A DNA stretch of 63,863 nucleotides, counting the filler, from Atractiella rhizophila (Eukaryota): assembly GCA_021432655.1 (NCBI GenBank). It is 3 parts of 2 records of this genome, joined end to end, with 100 filler letters (N's around TTAATTAATTAA, not from the genome) between each part and the next. Parts side by side here need not be neighbours in the genome. Positions count along the whole stretch, not along the records: positions 31,319 to 52,167 come from MU271344.1; positions 52,268 to 63,863 come from MU271344.1; 1 more part is not named here. The stretch is one strand, 5' to 3'. Position numbers and translations under genes: made by a program. The first letter of the stretch is position 1; every line of letters starts with the position of its first letter. Under the pieces are notes generated by a model. It had not been told where the DNA came from, did not search any database, and was given only the letters and a program-made list of their open reading frames with translations. Of this stretch, positions 51,697 to 63,863 are shown piece by piece.

Positions 51697-52167
51697 TCAT
51701 TTCTTCAACTTCTCCCCTTCGTCCAACACTGACTTAGCGCTGACTACCTCGGCAAATTCTCCATCGATCAAACTCATCTCCACGTTGTGAACCGTCATCG
51801 CGCTCCAAGCGTTTCCATCTCTCCAATCACCTTTTCCCTTCATCTTCTCCCCATAAATCCACACCGGAAACGTGCCACAAGCATCCTCGACCACCCAAAC
51901 TTTGTACCCTTCATCCGTTGCCGCTCTCGCAGCGGAGGAGACGCAATGGACGGAAGACATGCCGACGATGATGAGGTTGTCGATCTTCTTTGCCTTGTGG
52001 GCGGGATGGGAAGACAATAGATCAACCAGGGTTTTGCCCTTCAAAGATGATGGGTGCGCGACCTGTCCCTTGAACGCCGAACTAGTATGTTTCTGCACGA
52101 TCGGCTCGTCCGGCAGAGGAGCAGCGAAATCGAGTGGCTGCACGTTCGTCGTGTTGCCCTCATAGAA
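51697..52167 (-). CDS. Isochorismatase-like cysteine hydrolase (3' part; 5' end lies in the gap)
   Basis: EPIVQKHTSSAF, LIIVGMSSVHCVSSAARAATDEGYKVWVVEDAC. Confidence 0.9.
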   Translation of the reverse strand, partial: FYEGNTTNVQPLDFAAPLPDEPIVQKHTSSAFKGQVAHPSSLKGKTLVDLLSSHPAHKAKKIDNLIIVGMSSVHCVSSAARAATDEGYKVWVVEDACGTFPVWIYGEKMKGKGDWRDGNAWSAMTVHNVEMSLIDGEFAEVVSAKSVLDEGEKLKK

Positions 52168-52267
52168 NNNNNNNNNNNNNNNNNNNNNNNNNNNNNNNNN
52201 NNNNNNNNNNNTTAATTAATTAANNNNNNNNNNNNNNNNNNNNNNNNNNNNNNNNNNNNNNNNNNNN
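52168..52267. other. 100-nt artificial scaffold join containing a TTAATTAATTAA spacer
   Basis: Ns flanking TTAATTAATTAA at 52212-52223. Confidence 0.95.
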
Positions 52268-52307
52268 CTAACTCTTACCACCTGCTCCCTATCGCTGCTA
52301 GCAAATG

Positions 52308-53739
52308 TTCTCATCCCTTCTTCCAACCCGTAATCGACCTCCGAAACTTCGAGGATTCCGAGCCACTCTCCCGTTTCGACTTCCACGCAGACCACAGGCT
52401 TTCCATCCTTACTCACTACCGTCACTCTTTCCCTTTCATCCTCTGTACTCAGACCACGATCCGTATCCGTCTCAGTCTGTGGAGGGGACGGCGTGGGAGA
52501 TGGGAACCGGTTACGGGCTTGCTGACTATTGGTTGAGGAAGAATGGTCAGAAAGGGATGAAGCGACATCCATCCCTAATCCGCGGGAAGGGCCGACTGAC
52601 GAGGCGGAGGAGTCCAGGACGTTTTCGTTGTGCGCTAGGCTGCGAGAGATGTGTTGGTGATAGGAGGTGGAGGGGAGAGGACCATCATGGTTCCTAATCT
52701 GTTCATATACCTGTGATCCTAATCATTCGTCTGTCTTCTGAAGATCCGAATGAAGCGGCGAACCTTTTTCTTGTCAAACGACTTTAATCCGCTCTCGAAA
52801 TCAAAGTCTTCAGCATAACCGTTTGAAACATCTTCGTTTTTCCAGGCTTGTGTACCCGCTGGTAATCGTTGATCTCGACGATCTCTTCGATTAGAGCCTG
52901 AGTAGCAGTTGTTATGAAAATAAACAAAATTAGGAGGGAACACCAACGCGGATGGCCAGCGTAGGTTTGGGGCGGCTGAACCTGTAAATACATGTCAGCG
53001 TCTGCCCAGCTTAATTCGTGAGAGAGGATCAAGAATAGATAGGAGAAAGAAGATAAACAGGTTAACTTAATCAAAATTGACTAGAATCGGTTTCTTTTGG
53101 CAGGAAAAATAGTGAACAACGTACCTTTCTCTTCTCCTTAGTCCCTCCCAAGGCTGCCACCCCGTCTTCCCATCCGTCGCTCTCAAACGGTCTCGTGCTT
53201 TCGTCCGCCTCTTCACTACCTGGCTCTTCTCTCCCACCGCCACCTGCCCTCCTTCCTTTTCTCTTCGCTCGCTTCTCTTTATCCCGTTCCTTATCTGGCG
53301 GAGCTGGAACTAGAGGTTGAGGTTGAGGAGGTGGAATGGTTGTTGGAGGAGAGGGAGATGGAGTAAGGTGTTGTGCCTATACCACAGTACCAGTACCGTC
53401 ATTTAAGATCCTTGTTTCCCATACTCCCCTGATTACGAAGGAAAAAATGCATACGGGTCGAGGAGAGGTCTGTATGCCCTGCTGAGTATTCGAAGGGCTC
53501 AACCCGACACTAGCCGCGGTGACTGGACCTGCATTCCCATTCCCACTTCCGCCGGCATTATCGAGCACGTTCAGACCCTTCATCTCCTCTCTCTTGATCA
53601 CCCTCTCCTTCCCACCCCCCTGCCCGCTCAACGCAAGGCGCACAGTCCCACTGACAGCATCGATCGACGAGAGCGTGCCGACGAGCGTCTCAGAGTTGTG
53701 GAGGGCGACGGAGACGCGGAGACCGACGAATTGAGCCAT
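52308..53739 (-). CDS. EDC3: Enhancer of mRNA decapping 3, copy 1 (truncated at the start of YjeF_N)
   Basis: LSm-like MAQFVGLRVSVALH...GTLSSID; FDF motif EDFDFESGLKSFDKKKV|YEQIRNHD. Homology to copy 2 stops at 52308. Confidence 0.8.
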
Positions 53740-53952
53740 TTCTCATTCACTTCTTGCGGTGTAAAGTGGTCAGGTCGGCAAGATAAGCTGGAAGATAGCC
53801 TGGCTGGCTCGTTCGACAAAAGACAACTTGGAAGCAAATTTGTCCAAGGCGATCGTAGTGTAGCCAAACTACAGACTCTCCTCAAGATTAACACCACTGT
53901 CAGCGACGAGGTCCTCTCAAAATTGCTGAAGAATTGACTTGAAAAGCAGCGA

Positions 53953-54434
53953 ATGTCGTTCCAAGAGCTCTCCCAAGACCCCTTCGGCCTCACATACGCG
54001 AGCTTGGTGGCCGTCGGCGGTCTCATAGGTTTCCTGAAGGCATCCTCCCTTCCTTCCCTCGTCGCCGGCCTCGCAAGTGGTGCTATCATTTCCTATGGGA
54101 CTGTCAGAGCTGTCAGGAACAATAAGCAGGTGGATGTAATACTTGGTCCGTCTTCCGAGACCATTCTCTCCCCTTCAGTACTTCCCGGCCTCAGCTTCAC
54201 GTCGTCGAGCTGCTGATGAAATCACACTCTTTCTTCTGTAAACAGGTATCTCTGTCTTCCTTCTCGTTTTCTTCGGTCGCCGTTTCTTGAACAGCAAGAA
54301 AATCATGCCTGCTGGTTTAGTGACTGTACGTCCGATGTCTCCACAATACAATGGAGGGAGAACTGACGAATTTATGGCATAAGGCTCTCAGTGCCATTTC
54401 TGTGTTTAGGTACGGGTCAAGGTTAGCTCAGTAG
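53953..54434 (+). CDS. TMEM14-family small membrane protein, copy 1
   Basis: YASLVAVGGLIGFLKASSLPSLVAGLASG...RFLNSKKIMPAGLV; two introns. Confidence 0.9.
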
Positions 54435-55356
54435 TTTTTGGAAAGATGAATTCTCCATTCGAGTAAGAACTTTCATCGTTGCGGTACTGTTGTGGAACTG
54501 AATGTGGCAGAGAGCCAAGTAATGTGACAGTAATGTCATAACCAAGCTTGCCTCTTTGATTCACATCGCTCAATTCGTCTTCCTTCCATCGGCAAGCTTT
54601 GCTTTCTGTTTATTTGCTAGGCTCCAGATTACTATCCTGTGAGCAAAAGGTGAAGTTGGATCTTCCGAAAACAACGGAAGGTCTTCGGGGTTCTCTGTCT
54701 TTAGCAGGAGTCTTCAGACCGCCACTTCTTTCGATGTCTTCACAGATCTGAACTCGGCATTTGTTGCTCTTGCAGTGCTGAGCGAAAGGCCAGCCTGACA
54801 TGAAGCTCCCACCAAGTTTTCGTTGCAGAAGCCCTGGTAATTCCTTGCTCATGGCCCAAGTACGATATTTGGATTGCTGCTCTATCTCTTTGACCTCGAG
54901 ATCCTATCTTTCGAGCTTAGCTTGCGGAAGGCGGCTAAGGCGTGAGGTTTCCTTTTGGAGGGATCCTTCAGCCAGAAAGGAGAAAATCCTAGAACAAGTA
55001 ATCCTACAAAGAAGTTCTCAAGAGTTGTTCGCCTTCTAGTAAGAGCAATATTACGATGAATATTCCAGATTCTATGAATAGTACAGCAAAGTTGGACAAC
55101 ATGAGCGAATAGATGATGGGAGGCCGTTTCTGGACTGAAGATGCAGACGAACTCGTTCGATTGGACAAGGAGACAGGCCGCCAACAAGTCCAAGTAATTG
55201 GACTGGAAGCAGGATAAAGAAGTGTATAAAACCACAATCACGATCTGCCCAATAAACAAGCCCATCCTGGAAAGCGAAAGCCGAATGTGAAGCCATTTTG
55301 TATTCAAGTTAGAAGCGTTAATAGACCGATTATAAACAGTGTTAGCAAGTGGTGTC

Positions 55357-57377
55357 TCATAAATCAAGCTGAAACTCAGCACATGCATCGCTGATCCCAT
55401 CGTCATGGGTTTCGTGTTCCGCTCGCCGATGCCGATGCCACCAACCTCTTTCAACCCGAAGGAGGCTGATGTGACGTTGGTATCTTGTCCGCCGAGGGAT
55501 TGTCCATGGATGAGGAAGGTTTTGGAGAGGGACTACCAAGGGAATAAGCTCGTGATCGAACAGCTGGCGGACGTTCTGCATCGGGGGAAGAGAGATGTTT
55601 TGGGATGGGAGGGAGGGGTGAACCAGGAGGAGGGAGCATCGGCGGAAGTCGTGCACGGGCAGCGGACTTTGGAGCATTAATATTCTTGCTAGCATGCGTA
55701 TGGATCGAACTTCCCGAGGCGGTCGACGCGACGGACATCCTTTTTGATGCTATACTCAGCGTCGTAATCTGGCTAGAAGCGCGTGAGCTCTCGAGCGAAG
55801 GAGAAGGTGCTGGATCAAGCAGGGCAGCTCCGTTGTAAAGCTCTCTCGGCGATGTCGGAGGGCTGCGACTGCGCGAGTGAGCCAGTTGAGGCTCTTGAGA
55901 GAATGACAATTCCGTTGTGTTCATGGAGAATGGAGAAGCTGATCGGACGTCATCGATGTGTGCTGAGTTCCTGGGATTGGAAAAGTCTTCTCTGAGCTCT
56001 TCGGTATCCGATGGATGCGTCTCGATTGATTCTGTCAGGCTCGAATCCTTGATATAAGGCGATGAGGATCTCATGCTTTCGCTAAAGCTTCCACCACGTC
56101 CAAAAGGGAACCTGCCAGTCGTATTGGATCGTCCAAGACCTGCTCAAACAGTCAGCCTCTTCGTGTCATAGAACCAAATTATCACTTACTACGTCCACGC
56201 GCCAAAGCTACTCCATCCGTGGTAGAGGGTCGACTGGGACCTCTCGCTAGAGCAGGAGTAGGCACAGGTGTTATTGCGCTGTCTGGAGACAAGCTCCTCG
56301 TTCGAGCCGCGTCCGCATTGGATGCATTCATCTCGCCAACTACACCCTTTAGCCATTTCATCCATCCCTTCAACTGCTCTGAGTTCTCCAACTCGATAAA
56401 CCAGTCCTCCATCTTCCTGACAACTTTGCTAGCTTCGTCGGCAGATCCATACATGCCAGTCACGCTGAACTCGGCTGGAGGAGTGGGCAGCCCGTTCGAG
56501 AGCTTGTGATAAGCCAGACCTGAGACCTGCATGACAAAGAGTTTCCTGGCTCCTTCGGCATTGTGGCCAGGGTAATCATCTGTCACACAGATGATCGAAT
56601 GGTTCGTGAGCTGTAGTCGCTCTTGCTCCTCTGCGGAGGGTTCATTCGACTTGAAGACGTGGAGATGGTACAAGGTGTGTTGAAGCACCGGAGTAGAAGC
56701 GGAGTGGATAGGGTGAGACGAACTCGTAGCCACTGCCGTCGGGCTTTCTCGTGGAGGGACTGGAGCAGAGCTGGAAAGTGATACGCGAGTGAGAGATAGA
56801 AATCGCTGGCGCCATAGCTTGGATTTCTGCTTGAGGACTGAAGGTTTGAACAAGGAAAGTTGATGTCGTGCTGTACTTTGTTACTATCTCTGAGTGCCTG
56901 TAACATTCCATAAGGTGGTGCTCAGATGCTAGGAAAGAAAGGCTCACAATTCTTCTCCCAGAAGTGAACCACGTTTCTTTCCAAACTCACCCAAGAACCG
57001 ATTGACAGTCGGGACGTTGACGATGGTGGGATCTTCAGATGGAAACGCCTCTATGCTCTTCTTCGACTGATGCCTCGACGAGTAAATGCCTGCTTCTCCT
57101 TCTTGTCTCGAGGTCGACTGTTGCTTCAACTTCTCCATCTCCTCTTTATGTTCCTCGAACATTGCAGGGATATTTGGAAGATTCGCTGATGGGCCAACAT
57201 GACCGTCCAAGCCAGCTTCAGGCGAAGGAATGGAAGGACTGGCAGCCGGGGTCGATGAGAGAATCTCATTAAGGATTCTATCTGCAGCTTTCTCGGATTC
57301 TGTTAAAGCAGGCAGATCGTGGATAGAAGAAAGGGAAGACACCCGTCGCCTGCGCAGTTGCGGAGGCTCAAGCTTTT
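55357..57377 (-). CDS. PH-domain-containing protein, copy 1 (5' end cut by gap)
   Basis: KSKLWRQRFLSLT...YHLHVFKS...ERLQLT...FVMQVSG...WFIELENSEQLKGWMKWLK (PH strands and terminal W-containing helix); S/P-rich flanks. 3' end approximate. Confidence 0.7.
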
Positions 57378-57402
57378 NNNNNNNNNNNNNNNNNNNNNNN
57401 NN

Positions 57403-59596
57403 GATTTACAGACCGACTTGACAAATCCCAGACACACGGTCAGAGAAGGAACAATTTTAGTCGGGAGAAGAGGATGGACGTCTATTTCGCGGAACATGAG
57501 GCACACAGCTATTAGGTCTCCAGAGAGCAAAATCACGGACCTTCGATATCCTTTCCGCTCGTATCTACCCCAGAAGGAACGTCAATGCTCAATATCCTTC
57601 CACCCCTGCCACTGCTAGCCGCCGTGGTGGCCCATTTAGCCGCTGCGCCAGACCATCGATCTGCCTTGGTTATCTTGGGAGGTTGAGAACTCAAAGAACT
57701 AGCACCACCCGAAGAAGGAGAAGCCGACTGTTTGAGCTTTGGAGTCGCGCCTTTATCTTTGAGTTTGTCCGACGTCCAGAAATCAACTTCCAGTATAGAG
57801 TCAATGATCAGATCTGAAGAACCTGGAAGGTCTAAATGTGCGGTAATACCATGGTCAATATATTTGACTATACAAAGGAGGGCGAGGAGACGAACCATCG
57901 AAAGCGTCAATCACCTTCCCACCGGCGCCAACGAATCTCTTCACAGCACCCAAATGTTTCTCCTCCGTCCCAGGTCCAAGACAAGCATAAACCCTTGAGC
58001 CCCTTGTACACAGGCTCGCACCGGCGCTGAGGGCCGTTGCAGTCTTATAAGGGTTCGGATATCCTTTATCACTAGTGGCAGAACCACAGAGGAGGACGAT
58101 GACCGGACTAGCGGTGGTCGGAAAGAGGACGTTGTAAACGATAGTCGCTATCCCTCGTCCACCATTCTCAATTCTCATCCCTTCTTCCAACCCGTAATCG
58201 ACCTCCGAAACTTCGAGGATTCCGAGCCACTCTCCAGTTTCAACTTCCACGCAAACCACTGGCTTTCCGTCCTTACTTACCACCGTCACCCTTTCCCTTT
58301 CATCCTCTGTGCTCAGACCACGATCCGTATCCGTCTCAGTTTGTGGAGGAGACGGCGTGGGAGATGGGAACCGGTTGCGGGCTTGCTGACTGTTGGTTGA
58401 GGAAGAATGGTCAGACAGGGATGAGGCAACATCCATCCCCAATCCGCGGGAAGGACCAACAGACGAGGCGGAGGAGTCCAGGACGTTTTCGTTGTGTGCT
58501 AGGCTGCGAGAAATGTGTTGATGATAGGAGGTGGAGGGGAGAGGACCATCATGGTTCCTAATTTGTTCATACACCTGTGATCCTAATCATTCGTCTGTCT
58601 TCTGAAGATCCGAATGAAGCAACGAACCTTTTTCTTGTCAAATGACTTTAATCCGCTCTCGAAATCAAAGTCCTCGGCATAACCGTTTGAAACATCTTCG
58701 TTTTTCCAGGCTTGTGTACCCGCTGGTAATCGTTGATCTCGACGATCTCTTCGATTAGAGCCTGAGTAGCCGTTGTTATGAGAATAAACAAAATTAGGAG
58801 GGAAAACCAACGCGGATGACTGGCGTAGGTTTGTTGTGGCTGAACCTGCAAGTACGGATCAGTGTTTACCTAGTTTAATTCAAGAAGAGGGCCAATAATG
58901 GACAGAAGAAGAAGTACAGGTTAACTTCTTCTTCTGTCTAGAAATGTTTTCTTTTGGCAGGAAAAATAGGAAACAACTCACCTTTCTCTTCTCCTTAGTC
59001 CCTCCCAACGCTGCCACTCCGTCTTCCCATCCGTCGCTCTCAAACGGTCTCGTGCTTTCGTCCGCCTCTTCACTGCCTGGCTCTTCTCTCCCACCGCCAC
59101 CTGCCCTCCTTCCTTTTCTCTTCGCTCGCTTCTCTTTGTCCCGTTCTTTATCTGGCGGAGCTGGAACTAGAGGTTGAGGTTGAGGAGGTGGAATGGTTGT
59201 CGGAGGAGAGGGAGATGGAGTAAGGTGTTGTGCCTAAACCACAGTACCAATACCGTCAATTAAGATCATACTTTCAAATACTCCCCAAAATACAAAGGAA
59301 AAAATGCATACCGGTCGAGGAGAGGTCTGTAAGCCCTGCTGAGTATTCGAAGGGCTCAAACCGACACTAGCCGCCGTGACTGGACCTGCATTCCCATTCC
59401 CACTTCCGCCGGCATTATCGAGCACGTTCAGACCCTTCATCTCCTCTCTCTTGATCACCCTCTCCTTCCCACCCCCCTGCCCGCTCAACGCAAGGCGCAC
59501 AGTCCCACTGACAGCATCGATCGACGAGAGCGTGCCGACGAGCGTCTCAGAGTTGTGGAGGGCGACGGAGACGCGGAGACCGACGAATTGAGCCAT
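57403..59596 (-). CDS. EDC3: Enhancer of mRNA decapping 3, copy 2 (LSm, FDF and YjeF_N domains; extreme 3' end at a gap)
   Basis: As copy 1, plus YjeF_N features MRIENGGRGIA, VIVLLCG, DLIIDSIL, ILSIDVPSGVD. Confidence 0.9.
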
Positions 59597-59809
59597 TTCT
59601 CATTCACTTCTTGCGGTGTAAAGTGGTCAGGTCGGCAAGATAAGCTGGAAGATAGCCTGGCTGGCTCGTTCGACAAAAGACAACTTGGAAGCAAATTTGT
59701 CCAAGGCGATCGTAGTGTAGCCAAACTACAGACTCTCCTCAAGATTAACACCACTGTCAGCGACGAGGTCCTCTCAAAATTGCTGAAGAATTGACTTGAA
59801 AAGCAGCGA

Positions 59810-60303
59810 ATGTCGTTCCAAGAGCTCTCCCAAGACCCCTTCGGCCTCACATACGCGAGCTTGGTGGCCGTCGGCGGTCTCATAGGTTTCCTGAAGGCAT
59901 CCTCTCTTCCTTCCCTCGTCGCCGGCCTCGCAAGTGGTGCTATCATTTCTTATGGGACTGTCAGAGCTGTCAGGAACAATAAGCAGGTCGATGTAATACT
60001 TGGTCCGTCTTCCTAAACCATTCTCTCTCCTCAATTAGCTTCAGTAGACGTTCCCGGCCTCCACTTCACGTCGTCAAGCTGCTGATGAAATCAAACTCTT
60101 TCTTCTGTAAACAGGTATCTCTGTCTTCCTCCTTGTGTTCTTCGGTCGCCGTTTCTTGAACAGCAAGAAAATCATGCCTGCTGGTTTAGTGACTGTACGT
60201 CCCATGTCTCCACAATACAATGGAGGGAAATCTGACGAATTTATGGCATAAGGCTCTCAGTGCCATTTCTGTGTTTAGGTACGGGTCAAGGCTGGCTCAG
60301 TAG
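59810..60303 (+). CDS. TMEM14-family small membrane protein, copy 2
   Basis: Same exon structure and peptide as 53953-54434. Confidence 0.9.
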
Positions 60304-61221
60304 TTTATTGAAAAGATGAATTCTCCATTCCGAGTAAGGACTTTCATCGTTGCCGTACTGTTGTGGAACTGAATGTGGAAGAGAGCAAAGTACTGTGACA
60401 GTAGCGTCACATCCAAGCTTACCTCTTTACGCTCAATTTGTCTTCTTTCCATTTGACAAGCTTTGCTTTTTGTTTATTTGCTAGGCTCCATATTACCATC
60501 CTGTGAGCAGACGGTGACGTTGGGTCTTTTGAAAACAACGGAACGTCTTCGGGATTCTCTGTCTTTAGCAGGAGTTCTTCAGACCCCCACTTCTTTCGAT
60601 GTCTTCACAGATCTGAACTCGGCGTTCGTTGCTCTTGCAGTGCTGAGCGAAAAGCCAGCTTGACATGAAGCCCACCAAGTTTTCGTTGCAGAAGCCCTGG
60701 TAATTCCTTGCTCATGGCTCAAGTACGATATTTGGATTGCTGCTCTATCTCTTTGACCTCGAGATCCTATCTTTCGAGCTTAGCTTGCGGAAGGCGGCTA
60801 AGGCGTGAGGTTTCCTTTTGGAGGGATCCTTCAGCCAGAAAGGACAAATAGTCCTAGAACATGTAATCCTACAAAGAAGTTCTCAAGAGTTGTTCGTCTT
60901 CTAGTAAGAGCAATATTACGATGAATATTCCAGATTCTATGAATAGTACAGCAAAGTTGGACAACATGAGCGAATAGATGATGGGAGGCCGTTTCTGGAC
61001 TGAAGATGCAGACGAACTCGTTCGATTGGACAAGGAGACAGGCCGCCAACAAGTCCAAGTAATTGAACTGGAAGCAGGATAAAGAAGTGTATAAAACCAC
61101 AATCACGATCTGCCCAATAAACAAGCCCATCCTGGAAAGCGAAAGCCGAATGTGAAGCCATTTTGTATTCAAGTTAGAAGCGTTAATAGACCAATTATAA
61201 ACAGTGTTAGCAAGTGGTGTC

Positions 61222-63863
61222 TCATAAATCAAGCTGAAACTCAGCACATGCATCGCTGATCCCATCGTCATGGGTTTCGTGTTCCGCTCGCCGATGCCGA
61301 TGCCACCAACCTCTTTCAACCCGAAGGAGGCTGATGTGACGTTGGTATCTTGTCCGCCGAGGGATTGTCCATGGATGAGGAAGGTTTTGGAGAGCGACTA
61401 CCAAGGGAATAAGCTCGTGATCGAACAGCTGGCGGACGTTCTGCATCGGGGGAAGAGAGATGTTTTGGGATGGGAGGGAGGGGTGAACCAGGAGGAGGGA
61501 GCATCGGCGGAAGTCGTGCACGGGCAGCGGACTTTGGAGCATTAATATTCTTGCTAGCATGCGTATGGATCGAACTTCCCGAGGCGGTCGACGCGACGGA
61601 CATCCTTTTTGATGCTATACTCAGCGTCGTAATCTGGCTAGAAGCGCGTGAGCTCTCGAGCGAAGGAGAAGGTGCTAGATCAAGCAGGGCAGCTCCGTTG
61701 TAAAGCTCTCTCGGCGATGTCGGAGGGCTGCGACTGCGCGAGTGAGCCAGTTGAGGCTCTTGAGAGAATGACAATTCAGTTGTGTTCAGGGAGAATGGAG
61801 AAGCTGATCGGACGTCATCGATGTGCGCTGAGTTCCTGGGATTGGAAAAGTCTTCTCTGAGCTCTTCGGTATCCGATGGATGCGTCTCGATTGATTCTGT
61901 CAGGCTCGAATCCTTGATATAAGGCGATGAGGATCTCATGCTTTCGCTAAAGCTTCCACCACGCCCAAAAGGGAACCTGCCAGTCGTATTGGATCGTCCA
62001 AGACCTGCTCAAACAGTCAGCCTCTTCGTGTCATAGAACCAAATTATCACTTACTACGTCCACGCGCCAAAGCTACTCCATCCGTGGTAGAAGGTCGACT
62101 GGGACCTCTCGCTAGAGCAGGAGTAGGCACAGGTGTTATTGCGCTGTCTGGAGACAAGCTCCTCGTTCGAGCCGCGTCCGCATTGGACGCATTCATCTCG
62201 CCAACTACACCCTTTAGCCATTTCATCCATCCCTTCAACTGCTCTGAGTTCTCCAACTCGATAAACCAGTCCTCCATCTTCCTGACAACTTTACTAGCTT
62301 CGTCGGCAGACCCATACATGCCAGTCACGCTGAACTCGGCTGGAGCAGTGGGCAGCCCGTTCGAGAGCTTGTGATAAGCCAGACCTGAGACCTGCATGAC
62401 AAAGAGTTTCCTGGCTCCTTCGGCATTGTGACCAGGGTAATCATCTGTCACACAGATGATCGAATGGTTCGTGAGCTGTAGTCGCTCTTGCTCCTCTGCG
62501 GAGGGTTCATTCGACTTGAAGACGTGGAGATGGTACAAGGTGTGTTGAAGCACCGGAGTAGAAGCGGAGTGGATAGGGTGAGACGAACTCGTAGCCACTG
62601 CCGTCGGGCTTTCTCGTGGAGGGACTGGAGCAGAGCTGGAAAGTGATACGCGAGTGAGAGATAGAAATCGCTGGCGCCATAGCTTGGATTTCTGCTTGAG
62701 GACTGAAGGTTTGAACAAGGAAGTTGATGTCGTGCTGTATTTTGTCACTGTCTCTGAGTGCCTGTAACATTCCGTAAGGTGGTGCTCAGATGCTAGGGGG
62801 AAAGGCTCACAATTCTTCTCCCAGTAGTGAACCGCGTTTCTTTCCAAACTCACCCAAGAACCGATTGACAGTCGGGACGTTGACGATCGTGGGATCTTCA
62901 GATGGAAACGCCTCTATGCTCTTCTTCGACTGATGCCTCGAGGAGTAAATGCCTGCTTCTCCTTCTTGTCTCGACGTCGACTGTTGCTTCAACTTCTCCA
63001 TCTCCTCTTTATGTTCCTCGAACATTGCAGGGATGTTTGGAAGATTCGCTGATGGTCCAACATGACCGTCCAAGCCAGCTTCAGGCGAAGGAATGGAAGG
63101 ACTGGCAGCCGGGGTCGATGAGAGAATCTCGTTGAGGATTCTATCTGCCGCTTTCTCGGATTCTGTTAAAGCAGGCAGATCGTGGATAGAAGATAGGGAA
63201 GACACCCGTCGCCTGCGCAGTTGCGGAGGCTCAAGCTTTTTCTTTGGCGGTGGTCCCCATTCCCATGACGCTTCAATAGTCGAGACAGGCGGTCTTGTTT
63301 TCGTTTTCGATGAAGATGAGGGTTGATGGGAAGAGTGGGAGGAACTGTGAGGGAATCCTGATGACGCAGATTGGATGGAAGCGGATGACTTTGAGCCAGA
63401 TGATACTGAAGCAAGGTGGTCTTTGGGAGCGACTTTTGACTTTGGACGGGGACTAAGTATTCGGGCTTCTTCGAGCACATCTTCCACATTGCGATCCTTC
63501 TTCTCACCGCTTGAAGCATCCTGCGCTTTCTCCTTGCCTTTTCCTTTCCTGTCGGAATCTTGATCCAACGAATACTTGGAAGAACGCTTGGAAGACGCCT
63601 TGGACTCCTTTGAACTGTTTGAGCTCTTGGATCGCAATTGGTCTTGCTCCTCCCTCGAGGAGGTGCCTTCCAAGCTTGAGCCTTGACTTCGAACCGCTCC
63701 ACCACTACCGCTAGCACTGCTTCCGGAACTAATTCCCGTCCCGATTCCCATCATCCTCTTCCCAATTCCAAAAAAACCTCCGCCTCCGCCTCCTCCGCCT
63801 TCAGCCGCCGTCGAACCCTTAGCCGTCCCATTCTGCGAACCCTGCCTCGCCCTATCGCGTTCA
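61222..63863 (-). CDS. PH-domain-containing protein, copy 2 (continues beyond the window)
   Basis: Same PH-like block as copy 1, preceded by a long S/K-rich exon that stays open to the window edge. Confidence 0.7.

Larger units (their letters stand above)
52308..63240. repeat. Direct duplication of about 5.07 kb (52308-57377 and 58172-63240)
   Basis: Near-identical ORF sets offset by about 5.86 kb; differences are concentrated in introns, intergenic DNA and synonymous sites. Confidence 0.97.

Overview
Intron-rich eukaryotic genomic DNA (about 50-70 nt GT-AG introns with CTGAC/CTAAC-like branch sites). The G-beta sequence and gene families point to a basidiomycete fungus (inference). It is a draft assembly with five N gaps, two of which contain artificial TTAATTAATTAA spacers. 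Recognisable genes: GNAT acetyltransferase, Zn(II)2Cys6 transcription factor, CAP/PR-1 protein, secreted PLC-like phosphodiesterase, G-protein beta subunit, subtilisin S8 protease (apparent frameshift), F-box protein, metallo-beta-lactamase-fold hydrolase, DUF6533-type membrane protein, deoxyribose-phosphate aldolase, SGNH-like protein, 4-finger C2H2 transcription factor, ornithine aminotransferase, RING/TRAF-zinc-finger protein, isochorismatase, and two copies of an EDC3/TMEM14/PH-domain block. Decayed pieces: a fungal-type (FunK1) kinase pseudogene, a copia gag-protease fragment abutting an orphan DUF4336-like exon, and a probable gypsy gag relic. Most notable: (1) two paralogues sharing a C-terminal domain I cannot assign, with three conserved introns; (2) a TpA-rich, CpA/TpG-poor RIP-like signature confined to the gypsy-like relic; (3) three near-identical duplications that may be unrolled haplotypes. 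All family calls come from motif recognition by eye, not database searches. I saw no tRNA, rRNA or CRISPR features.
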